A stretch of 63,859 nt of DNA, filler included, from Octopus bimaculoides (GCF_001194135.2; 6 parts of 6 records of this genome joined end to end with filler, not necessarily neighbours in it), one strand, 5' to 3'; positions 1 through 11,301 are shown, counted from the first letter of the whole stretch. Notes: generated from the sequence alone by a model not told the origin. Made by a program: numbers and translations.

Positions 1-260
1 ATGTGCCACCCGCACAAGAACCAGTCCAGGGGCACTGGCAACGATCTTACTTGGCTTGCCGGGTCTTCTCACGCACAGCCCATTTCCAAAGGTCTCGGTC
101 CGTAGTCATCGCCTCGGTGAGGCCCAATGTACGAAGGTCTTGCCTCACCACCTCAGCCCAGGTCTTCCTGGGCCTACCTCTTCCACGGGTTCCCTCAACT
201 GTTAGGGTGTGGCACTTTTTCACGCAGCTATCCTCCTCCATTCTCACCACACGTCCATAC
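1..260 (-). mobile_element. RTE-clade non-LTR retrotransposon, 5'-truncated 3' end (ORF C-terminus plus start of 3' UTR)
   Basis: Minus frame reads YGRVVRMEEDSCVKKCHTLTVEGTRGRGRPRKTWAEVVRQDLRTLGLTEAMTTDRDLWKWAVREK*, the typical RTE RT tail (HVxRM..GxRxRGRPxxxW). The UTR matches the RTE tails at 38.1 and 39.5 kb. Confidence 0.85.
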
Positions 261-2039
261 ATATATATATATAGATGTATATATAGATATATATATACAT
301 ACATACATATATATACTTATTTATTTGTAGCATTTTGTTTTAGTCAATTTGTTTTTAATAACAATATTAGTTATTTATTCAATAGTGGTTGTAATATATA
401 TTGAGAATAATTGCATTTACTATTCTAAGCAAGTTTGAAAGTTAAGTAAGCATGAAAATAACTAGCCTAATTAATAAAATGTGTTATTGGTAGACTAATA
501 AATAGCTAAAGTTAGATTTTAGATTCATAGTAAAGACAAAATTAAAAAAATATAAACCCAAATATATAAAAGAAATGCAAATTAAAATGAAACATTTTAG
601 TCTGTAATGAAAATTCATTATTCAAAATATTTTAAGTGTTTTTTGCATATTGATGAGTTACTTTTATTTTTGTTTCTTTCTTTTTAATTCTAGGTTATTA
701 AAATATCTTTGTTGATTAATTTTAAGAATTTTACAGGTTTTTGGAGCTTCTCTTCAAACAGAAATTTTCCTCAACTGTCAAATAATTTCAGAACTATTAC
801 TGATTTTAATTTTAATAAAGTCACTGATCTAATAATGGACTTTAGATTTTGGTACCATTTGTCTCTTGGAGGAAAGATAAAAAATAAATTTTATTACCTA
901 TGGAAATATTTAATATTAGCTCTACTAAATTTGCATGAAATAACTGCCAAATATCTCTATCATTATTCCTTACTGTCGTGAAAATGGGAATGAAACAGGT
1001 AAAATATAAATAAAAACAGACAACTCTCATCCCACAAAAGCCTAAACAACAACAGTATCTAAGAATCAAGATATAATTTGAATACAAAGTTTAATATCAT
1101 TTCAAGGAATAAATAATATTGCTATTCTAAAAGTTTTGTAAGTAAAATAGATTATTACAAGTGATCTGATATAATTGAATTGATAAATATAATAGAATAA
1201 ATATTAAATGGAAGGTGACAAAATTCATAAAGCCGGGAGAGTGTTGCACAGAACCTGTCAATTCTTTTGACTTCACACCATCTGACCATATACATTCATA
1301 CATTAATGCACACGCACACACACACACACACACACATACATATATACATACATAGGCCCTTAGGTATAATCCCAGGTAAATCCAGGCAGTATTTTGAATT
1401 ATGCATTCATGTTGAAGTAATGGATTACGTGGTTAGCTAGTATGTAAATGGTCCACGTGTGTATATAGAGTGAGAACGACAGACATCAAGATAGACTGAA
1501 ATGGGTTGTGAGTGAGTGCATAGAAGAGAGAGGAGAAAGAGAGAGAAAAATGGAATGGGATGGGTGTGGGAAAGAATGAATGAGAGTGAAAGTAAAGTAC
1601 AATCAAAAATTGAAATCAAAATATAAAATAAATAATAAAAATAAAGATAAAATGCTAGTATTATTCTCCATCAGGCGTTAAGGTTTTGGTAGAGTGGAAG
1701 AGGGAGGTATTTTATCAATCAAATAGATTGATTCTAGGTTAGGTGTGGTCAGAGAGAATAATTAGTTCAGTGGTCAGTAGGATAGATAAAAATAGATGTC
1801 TAGCTTAAGTGAGTATACATAGTATAAAACTACAATTAAAGAGATAAAAGACACAAATTAAAGAACTAAAACTTAAAAATTAAAGGTTAAATTGAAAATT
1901 AAAATTTCAAATTTTAAAAAATTAAAGCTTGCTAGCTTCTAAGATACTTATGTTGATAGAGAAGAAAAGGAAAAGAAAAACGTATGTGTTTTGTAATGAC
2001 CGTGGATGCATATAGGCAAATGTTGATTTTGCTTGCATT

Positions 2040-2432
2040 TAGACTTATGGAAGAATCTAAAGGCGCAATAGAACTTATGCTTACATGTAGAGAATGCGTT
2101 GTGTTGCTTACTGAGTAATGTCGGTGAATTATGAATTAATATTCAGAGAGCTTCTTTCAGGCAGAGTCCACATGTTGGGTGCTGGCCTTGATATGGGACA
2201 CCAGAATCTATTGTGACTCAGGATATCCTATATAGTATTTTCCTGTTTATCAGATGGTGGTTGGCTAGGGGCATGGATTTGCTATGCTCCTGATATTTAA
2301 ATGAGTTTAGATGCGCAGAATATCTCTGTTTAAAATTAATAGTAGACCCGATGTAGTAACTAGTAGAATTATGTAATGTGTTTGGGACAATGCATTTTTA
2401 TACTACGTTAGACCTTCTGCAGTGGGCATTAA
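2040..2432 (-). mobile_element. Penelope-like element remnant A (GIY-YIG endonuclease, degenerate)
   Basis: Manual minus translation gives CPLQK..NVV*KCIVPNTLHNSTSYYIGSTINFKQRYSAHLNSFKYQEHSKSMPLANH, then in a shifted frame TCGLCLKEAL*ILIHNSPTLLSKQHNAFSTCKHKF. This is VVY..YIG plus the CxLC..E..LLxK...C(R/K)HK C-terminus of Penelope endonucleases, with stops and frameshifts. Confidence 0.75.
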
Positions 2433-2619
2433 CTTAATTCCAACTACCTAAATATATATAATCATAACATAGGTGAATGCAGCGAAAACACTAACACCGA
2501 ACATGATAACATGTACTACACCCGTAATCCTAGCACTATACCAGCATAAACCAGGATATGAATATCCCCACTTCCAAGGAAGGTTGGAATATGGCTAAAA
2601 CGAATGTTAATACTAATAG

Positions 2620-2679
2620 CATTACTACTACTAATGCTAATGACTCTAATACCATCACTACTACCATTACTACTACCAT

Positions 2680-2770
<91 letters not shown>
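2620..2770. repeat. Compound (ACT)n/(AAT)n microsatellite
   Basis: Direct trinucleotide runs; these explain the poly-T/N/I/L ORFs at 2516-2925. Confidence 0.95.
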
Positions 2771-2772
<2 letters not shown>

Positions 2773-2819
2773 GGGCCAATCCCCTAATGACACCCTAAAC
2801 TTCAACTTGTCCATAAATA

Positions 2820-4058
2820 TCAAGCTGAGTAAAAAGTAAGCAACGTTTTGAAACATGAAATTCACCACAATATATTTAAACAATACGGAAATTTTATTCA
2901 TCAAAGTAAATGCCATTACAACCAACGCATTTTTGCCAACGAGTTACAAGTTTGTTTATTCAGGTAACATAAAAATCTGGAGTTCTGGAGCTGGTGAACT
3001 CGTTGAACGCACTTTCAGCATCGGCTTGATTTTTGAACTCCTTCTCTCGCAGGAAACCATCAATGTGCTTGAAAAAGTGGTAGTTGGTAGAAGAAATGTC
3101 TGGGAAATAATCTGGGAGGAGAAGAACTTCGTAGCCAAGTTCCCTCAACCTCTGGAGTATCATTAGTGTGGTTGAGCATTGTCATGAAGAATGATTGGCT
3201 TTCTTCTGATGACCAGTCTGGAACGGAAGAGTAGCCGTTTTCCGTTCATTTTGACAATTTCATAGAAATATGTTTCTGCAATAATGGTTTTTCTGGGTTT
3301 TAAGAAGTTATAGTCGATGAGTCTAGCAGTTCACCACCAAACAGTTGCAGTAACCTTTTTTTTTAAGAGCTCAGGTTTAGAGAAGGTTTTCAGTGCTTCA
3401 TTTTGGTCCAACCGCTGCGAAGAACGATTTTTTTTTATTATTGTACAGAATCCAATTTCCATCACAATATGGTCGAGAAATGGATCGGTCTGGTTACGGA
3501 GAAGAAGCAACAAGCAAATTTCATATCTGCGCATTTTCTAATTTTCATTCAAATCGTGTGGTACCCATTTGTCAAGCTCTATTGATTTTCCAATCGCATG
3601 CAAATGGTTTCAAGCAGTTTTCTGGCTAACTTGAAGTTCTTTTGCCAGTTCTCGAGTGGTTTTACGTGGATCTTTCTCAATGACGATCTTTAATTGACCG
3701 TTATCAATGACAGATGGGCGTCTACTACGCTTACGACCTTCAAGTCTCAGGTCTCCACTGCGAAAGCGTTTAAACCAATTTTGAGCTGACCACTCACTGG
3801 TCATTTCCTCAGCGAACGTTTCGTTGATATCACGAGTAGTTTCAGCAGCTTTATGTCCTTTCTCGAAGCTGAATGGCAAAATTGCTCGAATATCGCGCTT
3901 TGACAGTTCCATTTCAGGTGATTGTAACAACGGTGAAAAAAATATCAATGTTAATTTATTGAGGCATTTGGGCAAGTTTATGTCTGTGTTATCAGACAAC
4001 TGCAACACAAAATGTTTTTAAATGGTTTAAACCATTGCTTACTTTTTACTCAACCTGA
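2820..4058 (-). mobile_element. Full-length defective Tc1/mariner (mariner-family) DNA transposon
   Basis: Imperfect ~38-bp TIRs: tcaagctgagtaaaaagtaagcaacg at 2820, and its inverse ending ...tactcaacctga at 4058. TA at 2818-2819 and 4059-4060; length 1239 bp. Confidence 0.92.
2894..3912 (-). pseudogene. Mariner transposase pseudogene
   Basis: MELSKRDIRAIL..GHKAAETTRDINETF..WFKRFRSGD..RRPS (HTH), KKVTATVWW, LLHDNAQPH and PDISSTNYHFF (degenerate YSPDLAPSDYHLF) are split over several frames; ends ..FDE*. The first and third catalytic Asp appear lost. Confidence 0.9.
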
Positions 4059-4164
4059 TAGTATAGCATCTTCCCTTTCCACAACAAACCCACGTAAGAT
4101 AGATATCTGTAACCGCTACAAACCCACTGCAGAAGGTTTAACGTAGTATACAAATGCATTTGAA

Positions 4165-4321
4165 AAAATATCGGTGTTAATTTATTGATGCATCTGGGCA
4201 AGTCAATGCATGTATTATCAGACAATTGCAAAAAAAAATGTTAAAAAAACTCAAAACTCTTCAACAATCCGGTACAAATTCTTCATGGTTCAAAACGTTG
4301 CTTACTTTTTACTCAACCTGG
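4165..4321 (-). mobile_element. Second mariner 5' end (TIR plus 5' UTR copy)
   Basis: 4284-4321 is another TIR copy. 4165-4235 is a diverged copy of 3943-4010 (aatatc..gttaatttattga.gcat.tgggcaagt..tatcagacaa.tgcaa). Confidence 0.8.
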
Positions 4322-4439
4322 TCTAAGGCTTTTGAAGTGGTGTACAGATATTGTATAATAAGAAAAAGCAGGCAGTCAGAATTTTGGATAATTCTTTATT
4401 AACACTTTCGGTTGTTCAATCAAACCCTTCAAGACAATA

Positions 4440-5990
4440 AGACCAAGATTGGTATTATGATCTTGAAGAGTTCGCTCCAGATACACCCAATAATCTATCC
4501 TTTATTACAACACACAACTCAAGAAACACAGAGGTTTACAATATTATCCACCAGAACATCCCACTACTAAAACAGGATCCAAGAATGAAACAAGCTTTCG
4601 AAATACACAAAATAATCAAAGTAAAAGGCAATCAAAGTCCCCCAACAAATTCCTCACAAGTGCTAAATTACCTTCCACAATTCCAGTACCAACGGTCAAA
4701 GAACGTGGCCACCCCAACTGCGGGACCTGCATCTACCTTATTGAAGACACAACATATAAGTTCAAATCAGGACGGACTTTTACCGTAAAAAATCACTTTA
4801 CATGTTCTTCAAGGAATCTCATACATGCTATCAAATGTCAAGGATATAATGAACATTACGTAAGTCAAACAAAGCTTACTCTAAGAAATAGACTGACCAT
4901 TCAGCGACAGCAAATGCGAGATCCCAGTACTAGATAGATCCCACTGAGTGGTCACATAGACATATGTGTAAAAAATAAGTCTCCCAAATTCTAGGTCTTC
5001 CTACTCTACCTATGCTCAGCGAATACCAGAGATGAAGCAGATAAACAAAGAAAATACTTTCATACAAAAGTACAAATCAAGACTTAACAAACTTCAACAG
5101 AGTACGTACACAAATAACTATTCCCACACAAAATTAATTCTGCCACTTATTATGAGGAAGCTACACAGCTAACAACCTAAATTTTAACCATTGGACTGCA
5201 TACAAACTACTCCTGTCTATTGTCCCACCAGACAGATTAAATTTGGACTGTGTTGTTGATTATAACTAAACATGTTCTCTCAATTGTGTCGGCCTTCTTT
5301 TTAGGTGCAAAATATACTGTCATGGGACACTAATGCACGGACGTAGCAGCAAACGTACAAAAGGTTATAAACTTAATCATGTGTTCATTCTCTACAAACA
5401 CTTGACAGAAGACATTCAGAACATTGATTGTTTGGACATGTTCAGTCAACCGTGTCATCCTTAACTTACGACGCCAAACATTGTCACTTGATACTAACAC
5501 ACGGACGTAGCACGGAACCTAAAAAACTTTTAAAAACCAGTCATCATGTGACTATCCTCTAGCAATCGAATCCTATTCAAAACATACTCCCTATAAAAAA
5601 CAGGACAAACTTCAAACCACTAGTCAGAAGCAAGACAGCTGTGACAGAAGCCACGTTTTTCTATTTGAACTTTTTGAAAATCAGTGTAAAACTGTGAAAC
5701 TAGCTAAAGCTTCAAATATTTTAATAAAAAATGTTTTAACAATTCTCAGTGTATATGCAGCTTTTATTTTCCCTATATATAGAACAGTCACAAACAGTGA
5801 AAGAAGACATGCACCCAACACCAGAGCTGAAGACACCTCCGAAAGGGGGTGGCCCCGCCACGTCAAAACGGTAGAGGAATAGGGGCCGAAACCGGACGTG
5901 GTTCCTCCTGATGATGTCTTGAGCTAACTGGATCCTATAAAGGAGCTGTTGTGGTAGCAGACCACGAAACATGGTTGAAATTCCTTCCTA

Positions 5991-6022
<32 letters not shown>

Positions 6023-6143
6023 TGTGTGGAAGAGCGTAGGCTCAAAACGTTAAAGGCTTTTTCACTTCCTGAGTGTTAAACTAATACATCTGTTTGTTGT
6101 CTACACCACCTGTCTTCGTCTTTTGTTTTTTGTGAATTCTCCC
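4440..6143 (+). mobile_element. Penelope-like element B: 3' part (linker, Zn-knuckle, GIY-YIG) and structured 3' terminal region
   Basis: Frameshifted translation LSFITTHNSRNTEVYNIIHQNIPLLKQDPRMK..., ERGHPNCGTCIYL..FKSGRTFTVKNHFTCSSRNLIHAIKCQGYNEHYVSQTKLTLRNRLTIQRQQMRDPS..IPLSGHIDIC..KENTFIQKYKSRLN matches PLE GIY-YIG architecture. The catalytic LIY/YVG motifs have decayed to LIH/YVS. The downstream region carries hammerhead-like motifs. Confidence 0.85.
5821..5980 (+). ncRNA. Two tandem hammerhead-ribozyme-like motifs (type I topology) in the PLE terminus
   Basis: Unit 1: CTGAAGA 5827-5833, stem ggcccc/ggggcc 5851-5856/5882-5887, GAAAC 5888-5892. Unit 2: CTGATGA 5908-5914, stem gtggt/accac 5951-5955/5961-5965, GAAAC 5966-5970. 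PLE termini are known to carry hammerheads. Confidence 0.6.
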
Positions 6144-6186
<43 letters not shown>

Positions 6187-6979
6187 AGGTGATTAGAATT
6201 AATGTAATGGATTGTACACAATCTCAGATGGGTAGGAAATGGTTAATAACTAATCCAAGAATGAAATAATCTTTAATTTCCAAAGAGAAATCTGAAAATT
6301 TTAATAGAATTTTGAAATTTTGGTAAATTTCATGTTCTCCCAAGAGTTATGAAATCTAGTACATGTAGTTAATTGAATTCATAAAGAGTTGTTGTAATTC
6401 CTGTCGTTGCTGTTGCTATTGGGGTAGCTATTATTTGGAAATAGTACGGTTGTGTATGTGTGTATGCAGATGTGTGTGTGTCAGTGTATTTTTTTTTTTT
6501 TGCCTCTGTGCTTCTCTGAAAGCTTTGAGCAAAAAGTGGTGATGTTGTCATACTTCATGTCAACATCAGCAGATAATATGCTAGCGTTGTGTCTTCATAG
6601 ACATAATGAATGAAAGATTCCTTACTTGAGAAACAAGTAAGGGTTAGTAACTGGAAGGATATCAGTAATACATTAAAATAATGGCTCCATAATATATTCA
6701 TCTATATAGGCTAACATGGAGAATTTGGCTTAAAAATGAAATGACAAAATGAGTGGATTAGAGACACAGTTTGCCAGCTAAAACACCTGTGTTGTAAGGA
6801 CTGTTAAGTATAATACGTGAATGCAATGTGATTAGCTCCATCTTGTAATGGAATGGGCAGCACTTCACTTAGATAAGATTAATATTTAGAGTGAAAACTG
6901 CCGTTCAGATGTTGATTATTTCTACTTAAAGAGCTGCTGTCATCGTCATCGTCATCGTCGTCGTCGTCATCATCATCAA

Positions 6980-7292
6980 GATGTAATGGGTAGGGTATTT
7001 GGTTCATGATCATTAGCTCTTGAGTTCGATTGCGAGTGGGACATTGTGTCCTTGAGCAAGACACTTTATTTCTCATTGCTCCAATCTGCTCAGCTGGCAA
7101 AAATTAGCTGTACTTGTAATTCAAGGGGCCAGCCTTGTCACACTCTGTGTTATGCTGAATCTCCCTGAGAACTACATTAAGGATACATGTGTCTGTGGAG
7201 TACTCAGCCACTTGCACATTAACTTCATGAGTGAGCTGTTCAGTCGATTATGTCAACTGGAACACTCATCCTCATATTGACAGAGAGCCAGG
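6980..7292 (+). mobile_element. tRNA-derived SINE with CORE-like central domain (family 1)
   Basis: B-box-like gagttcgatt and CORE-like ttgtgtccttgagcaagacacttta. The 3' half matches the minus copy at 20.57-20.80 kb. Confidence 0.75.
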
Positions 7293-7847
7293 CCATCATT
7301 ATCATCATCATCACCATGATCATGATCATTACCATCATCATTATGAACATTATCATCTTTCGCATTATCTTCATCACATCATTTGAAAGTATTGAAGGAA
7401 AATTTTATTGCATTGGATCCCAAAACTCGAACGGGAATTGCTGACAAGTGTTCCCCTATGACAGGCCTTAAAATGATACGTAAGACATGTTCAGTTTTGT
7501 TGATCATAAATGGTTGTTCAATTGTAAAGTTGTAAATGTAAGTTCCATTTCATCCCCAGGAGTGGAAAGTAAAGTACCAATCAATCTTAGAAAACATTTC
7601 TAGATAATTCTTTATATATATATATATATATATATACATGTGTGTGGGGGGAGTTGCATGCATGTGTGTGCGTGCATGTGTGTGCGTGCATGTGTGTATG
7701 TATGTATGTCATTATTCAGTTTATTTCAAGATTTCTTGCTAATAGAGAAAGAACCACTTTCTAACCTAGATCCAAGGTTCCTTCATTGAAATTTCAACAT
7801 CAACAACAGGGTATTTTTATGTATGTATGTATGTATGTATGTATGTA

Positions 7848-8323
7848 TACTCGTTACTCTTTTACTTGTTTCAGTCATTTGACTGTGGCCATGCTGGAGC
7901 ACCGCCTTTAGTCGAGCAAATCGACCCCAGGACTTATTCTTTGTAAGCCTAGTATTTATTCTGTTGGTCACTTTTGCCGAACCGCTAAATTTCGGGGACG
8001 TAAACACACCAGCATCGGTTGTCAAGCGATGTTGGGGGGACAAACACAGATACACAAACACACACACACATATATATATATATACATATATACGACAGGC
8101 TTCTTTCAGTTTCCGTCTACCAAATCCACTCACAAGGCTTTGGTNNNNNNNNNNATATACGACAGGCTTCTTTCAGTTTCCGTCTACCAAATCCACTCAC
8201 AAGGCTTTGGTTGGCCCGAGACTATAGTAGAAGACACTTGCCCAAGGTGCCACGCAGTGGGACTGAACCCAGAACCATGTGGTTGGTAAGCAAGCTACTT
8301 ACCACATAGCCACTCCTGCGCCT
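7848..8323 (-). mobile_element. tRNA-derived SINE (family 2, octopus OR-like)
   Basis: Minus 5' end aggcgcaggagtggctatgtggtaag..gggttcagtccc (A/B-box-like), CORE-like gcaccttgggcaagtgtctt, internal TA/CA microsatellite and AG-rich tail. Near-identical to the copy at 47.5 kb. Confidence 0.85.
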
Positions 8324-8434
8324 ATACACTCTTGCTGTATTCTACACTCTCTCTATTTCCCTTGCTCTTCCTTCTGGCTGGGTAGCCATGTATCTCCTCT
8401 ACAGCAGCACACCTGCTTCTGCCCTCATTCTTGA

Positions 8435-8493
<59 letters not shown>

Positions 8494-9281
8494 TTCTCTT
8501 TCTTTCTCTCTCTCCTTCTCTTGCTTTTCCCTCTGATTAGGTAACCAAGTATCTCCTCTACATCAGCACACCTGTTTTTGTCCTCTTTCTTGTACATCTC
8601 TCTCTCCTTCTGTCTCTCTCTCTCTTCTTCTCTCTTCCTCTCACTCTCTCTCTCATCTTCTCTCTTCCACTCACTCTCTCTCCTCCTATCTTCCTCTATT
8701 TCTCTTCTCTCTTTCTCTTTATCTTCTTCTCCTCTCTCTCTCTCTCACTGGGTAACCATGTACCTCTTCTATAGCAAGACACCTATTTTTGCCTCTCTAT
8801 TTTTCTGTCTCACTCTAACCTTTCATCATTTGATATTGGATCACCTCCTCCAGTGCCCCTCCATTATAGCAAGATATCTGTTCCGACCTCTCTGTCTCTT
8901 TGTCCCACTTTAAACTTTCATCCTCTGACACAAGTTCTCCTCCTCAAATGCCCCTGCCATTCTCATAATCCCTTGTCTTGCAAGTTACTTGGTGACCCCT
9001 ACCGGTGCTGGTGCCATGTAAAAAGCATCTATTCCACACTGTAAAGTGGTTGATATTTGGAAGGGATTCCAGCTGTAAGAATCATGCCAAAACTAACCTC
9101 GCCAGTGCTAGTGCCATGTAAAAAGCACTGAGTCCACTCTGCAGAGTGGTTGGTGTTGGGAAGGGCATCCAGCCATAAAATCCCTGCCAAAACAGACATA
9201 GTAGCCTAGGGTAGTTTTTCTACCTTGCCAGCTCCTGTCAACTGTCCTACCCATGCATGCATGGAAGATGGACATTAAATA

Positions 9282-9310
<29 letters not shown>
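8324..9310 (+). mobile_element. Non-autonomous retroposon with repeated ~35-bp motif and RTE-type 3' tail (family 4)
   Basis: Motif ggta(a/g)cca(t/a)gta..tc.tcta.a.ca..acacct at 8381, 8540 and 8751 (partial at 8856), separated by CT-rich runs. An RTE-type tail follows (gtgccatgtaaaaagca twice; ..ggacattaaataatgatgatg). Confidence 0.6.
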
Positions 9311-9318
<8 letters not shown>

Positions 9319-9705
9319 CGACGACGACGATGAAGATTGGTATTAGAAGAGCATCCAGCTGTAGGAACTATGCCAGAGCTGACAATGGAGCATTGTCTAC
9401 CCATGCCAGCATGGAACATACATGTTTGGCCACATTCAAATGACTGAAACAAGTAAAAGAATAAAACAAATATGGCTCATGTGTTACCATTGGTCAGATT
9501 TCGTATCCAACCAATAACTCTACTTAGAAACTGGGGTGTTTCCCATTACTTGTATGATTTGGGAGTTCCTGCTCAGTTTACTGAGTTAGACCCTGCCTAC
9601 TATGTTCTCTTCTGTGTGCATGTGTGTGTATGTGTGTGAGTTTGTGTGCTTGTGCATGTGTGTGTATATGTGTATGTGTGTGTGTGTTTGTGCATGTGTG
9701 TGTGT

Positions 9706-9768
<63 letters not shown>

Positions 9769-9952
9769 CCTAGGGTGAACATGGAACATAGAATTAGGTG
9801 CTGCTGGAACTCCTGACTGAGATGTTTGTGTGTTTAGAGCATCTTAAACCTGATGATGAATGGCCTTAAACCTGATGAAGGCCATTCTTCTACAAGTTTG
9901 AACACAACCAATTTTATGCAAGGAGAATGTGTAAGATGGAGAATGAGAGAGA

Positions 9953-10054
<102 letters not shown>

Positions 10055-10557
10055 ATGTGTGTATGTGTGTGTGCCAGAGAGTGAGAGAAAGAGGAGAAAG
10101 AGAAAGTGAAAGAAGAGGATAAAAAATAACCCAGTACTTCACTGGTACTTCATCAATCTCAAAAGATGGAAGACATAGTTAACCTTGGCAGGATTTGAAC
10201 TCAGTGTGCAGAAATCCAGAATAAATACTGCAAAGTATTCTATCCCACACTCATACAGTGTGGCAAGGGCAAACATTACTGAGAAGCATGCCACATAAGT
10301 CATGGCTCACCATCAGGTGGCCCCACTACTAAATAAATTCAAAGAATTTTTCATCAGATGTACCACTCAGAAAGTCCCACAGGCCACATACAACCTATAG
10401 ATTCCAGTTTGCCTATGACTACCCCAGTGACTGCCAGTTGATGGAGATATTATGTATATTCTTCAAATACTCAGTAAAATACATTCAGTGAATTTGAACT
10501 CAAGACCTTTTGAGTTGGTGCTTTAATATCTTATCCACTTCATTATTTTCTTCTTCT

Positions 10558-10753
10558 AAGGTGGTGAGCTGGTAGAATCATTAGCATACTGGACAAAATA
10601 CTTAGTGACATTTGTCCATTTCTATGTTCTGAGTTCAAATTTCAGTATGGTCAGCTTTGAAATAAGAACCAGCCAAGCAGTGGAGTCAATGTATTCAACT
10701 ATCTCCCTCACACAAAATTTCAGGCCTTGTGCCTAATAATAGAAAGGATTATT
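10558..10753 (+). mobile_element. tRNA-derived SINE (family 3), CpG-decayed copy
   Basis: aaggtggtgagctggtagaatcattagc..ttctgagttcaaatt..aaaatttcaggccttgtgcct; homologous to the copies at 18.1, 50.5 and 52.2 kb. Confidence 0.75.
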
Positions 10754-11301
10754 TTCTTTTTCTGAGAGCCATAATCAGCAAATACAAAATCTTTCACATT
10801 CTGCCCAGTTCTGTAGAACCTGAAACTGGCTAACCAACCAACTAGTCAGTCAATTACATTACTCGAAGGAAAACATATCAAAATTAACAATTCATCAATA
10901 AACTGGCCTTTGTTAAGAAGAATTGATTAAGGACAGGCAAGACACTGGTTAGTGGCAGAAAGAGTGAGGTAGTTTTTCTCAATCCATGCCAAATGGAAAA
11001 TGAATGTAAAAGCATTGATGTTGATATGTGTTGAGATGTTACTGTAGTGGCATTGATAGTGGTGTTGTTGCTGATGGTGTTGGTGGAGGTAAAGATTGTG
11101 TTGATGTCGATAGTGATGATAGTTGTGTCGGTGGTGATGACATGGTGGGTGGTAGTAATTGTAGTCAGTGTAGGAGAGGAGATAGATGATAACTGATATG
11201 GTGTTTAAGTAGTTACTGTGTGCATTTTACCTTTTGATTCTATTTTTGTTATCTTCTTTTTCCCTTTTTTTTTTTTTTTTTTTTCCATCCACCAAACATA
11301 G

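Noticed and set aside
8085-8212. Direct duplication of ~60 bp inside the SINE
   Set aside because: The copies flank a 10-N gap; this is a contig-overlap artefact.
8381-8885. Repeat-spacer arrangement resembling a CRISPR array
   Set aside because: Eukaryotic context, diverged repeats, and low-complexity CT spacers of unequal length; no cas genes.
10770-10825. Minus-strand frame FYRTGQNVKDFVFADYGSQ after a cag
   Set aside because: Weak acceptor, no GT donor before the adjacent SINE tail, and no recognised homology.
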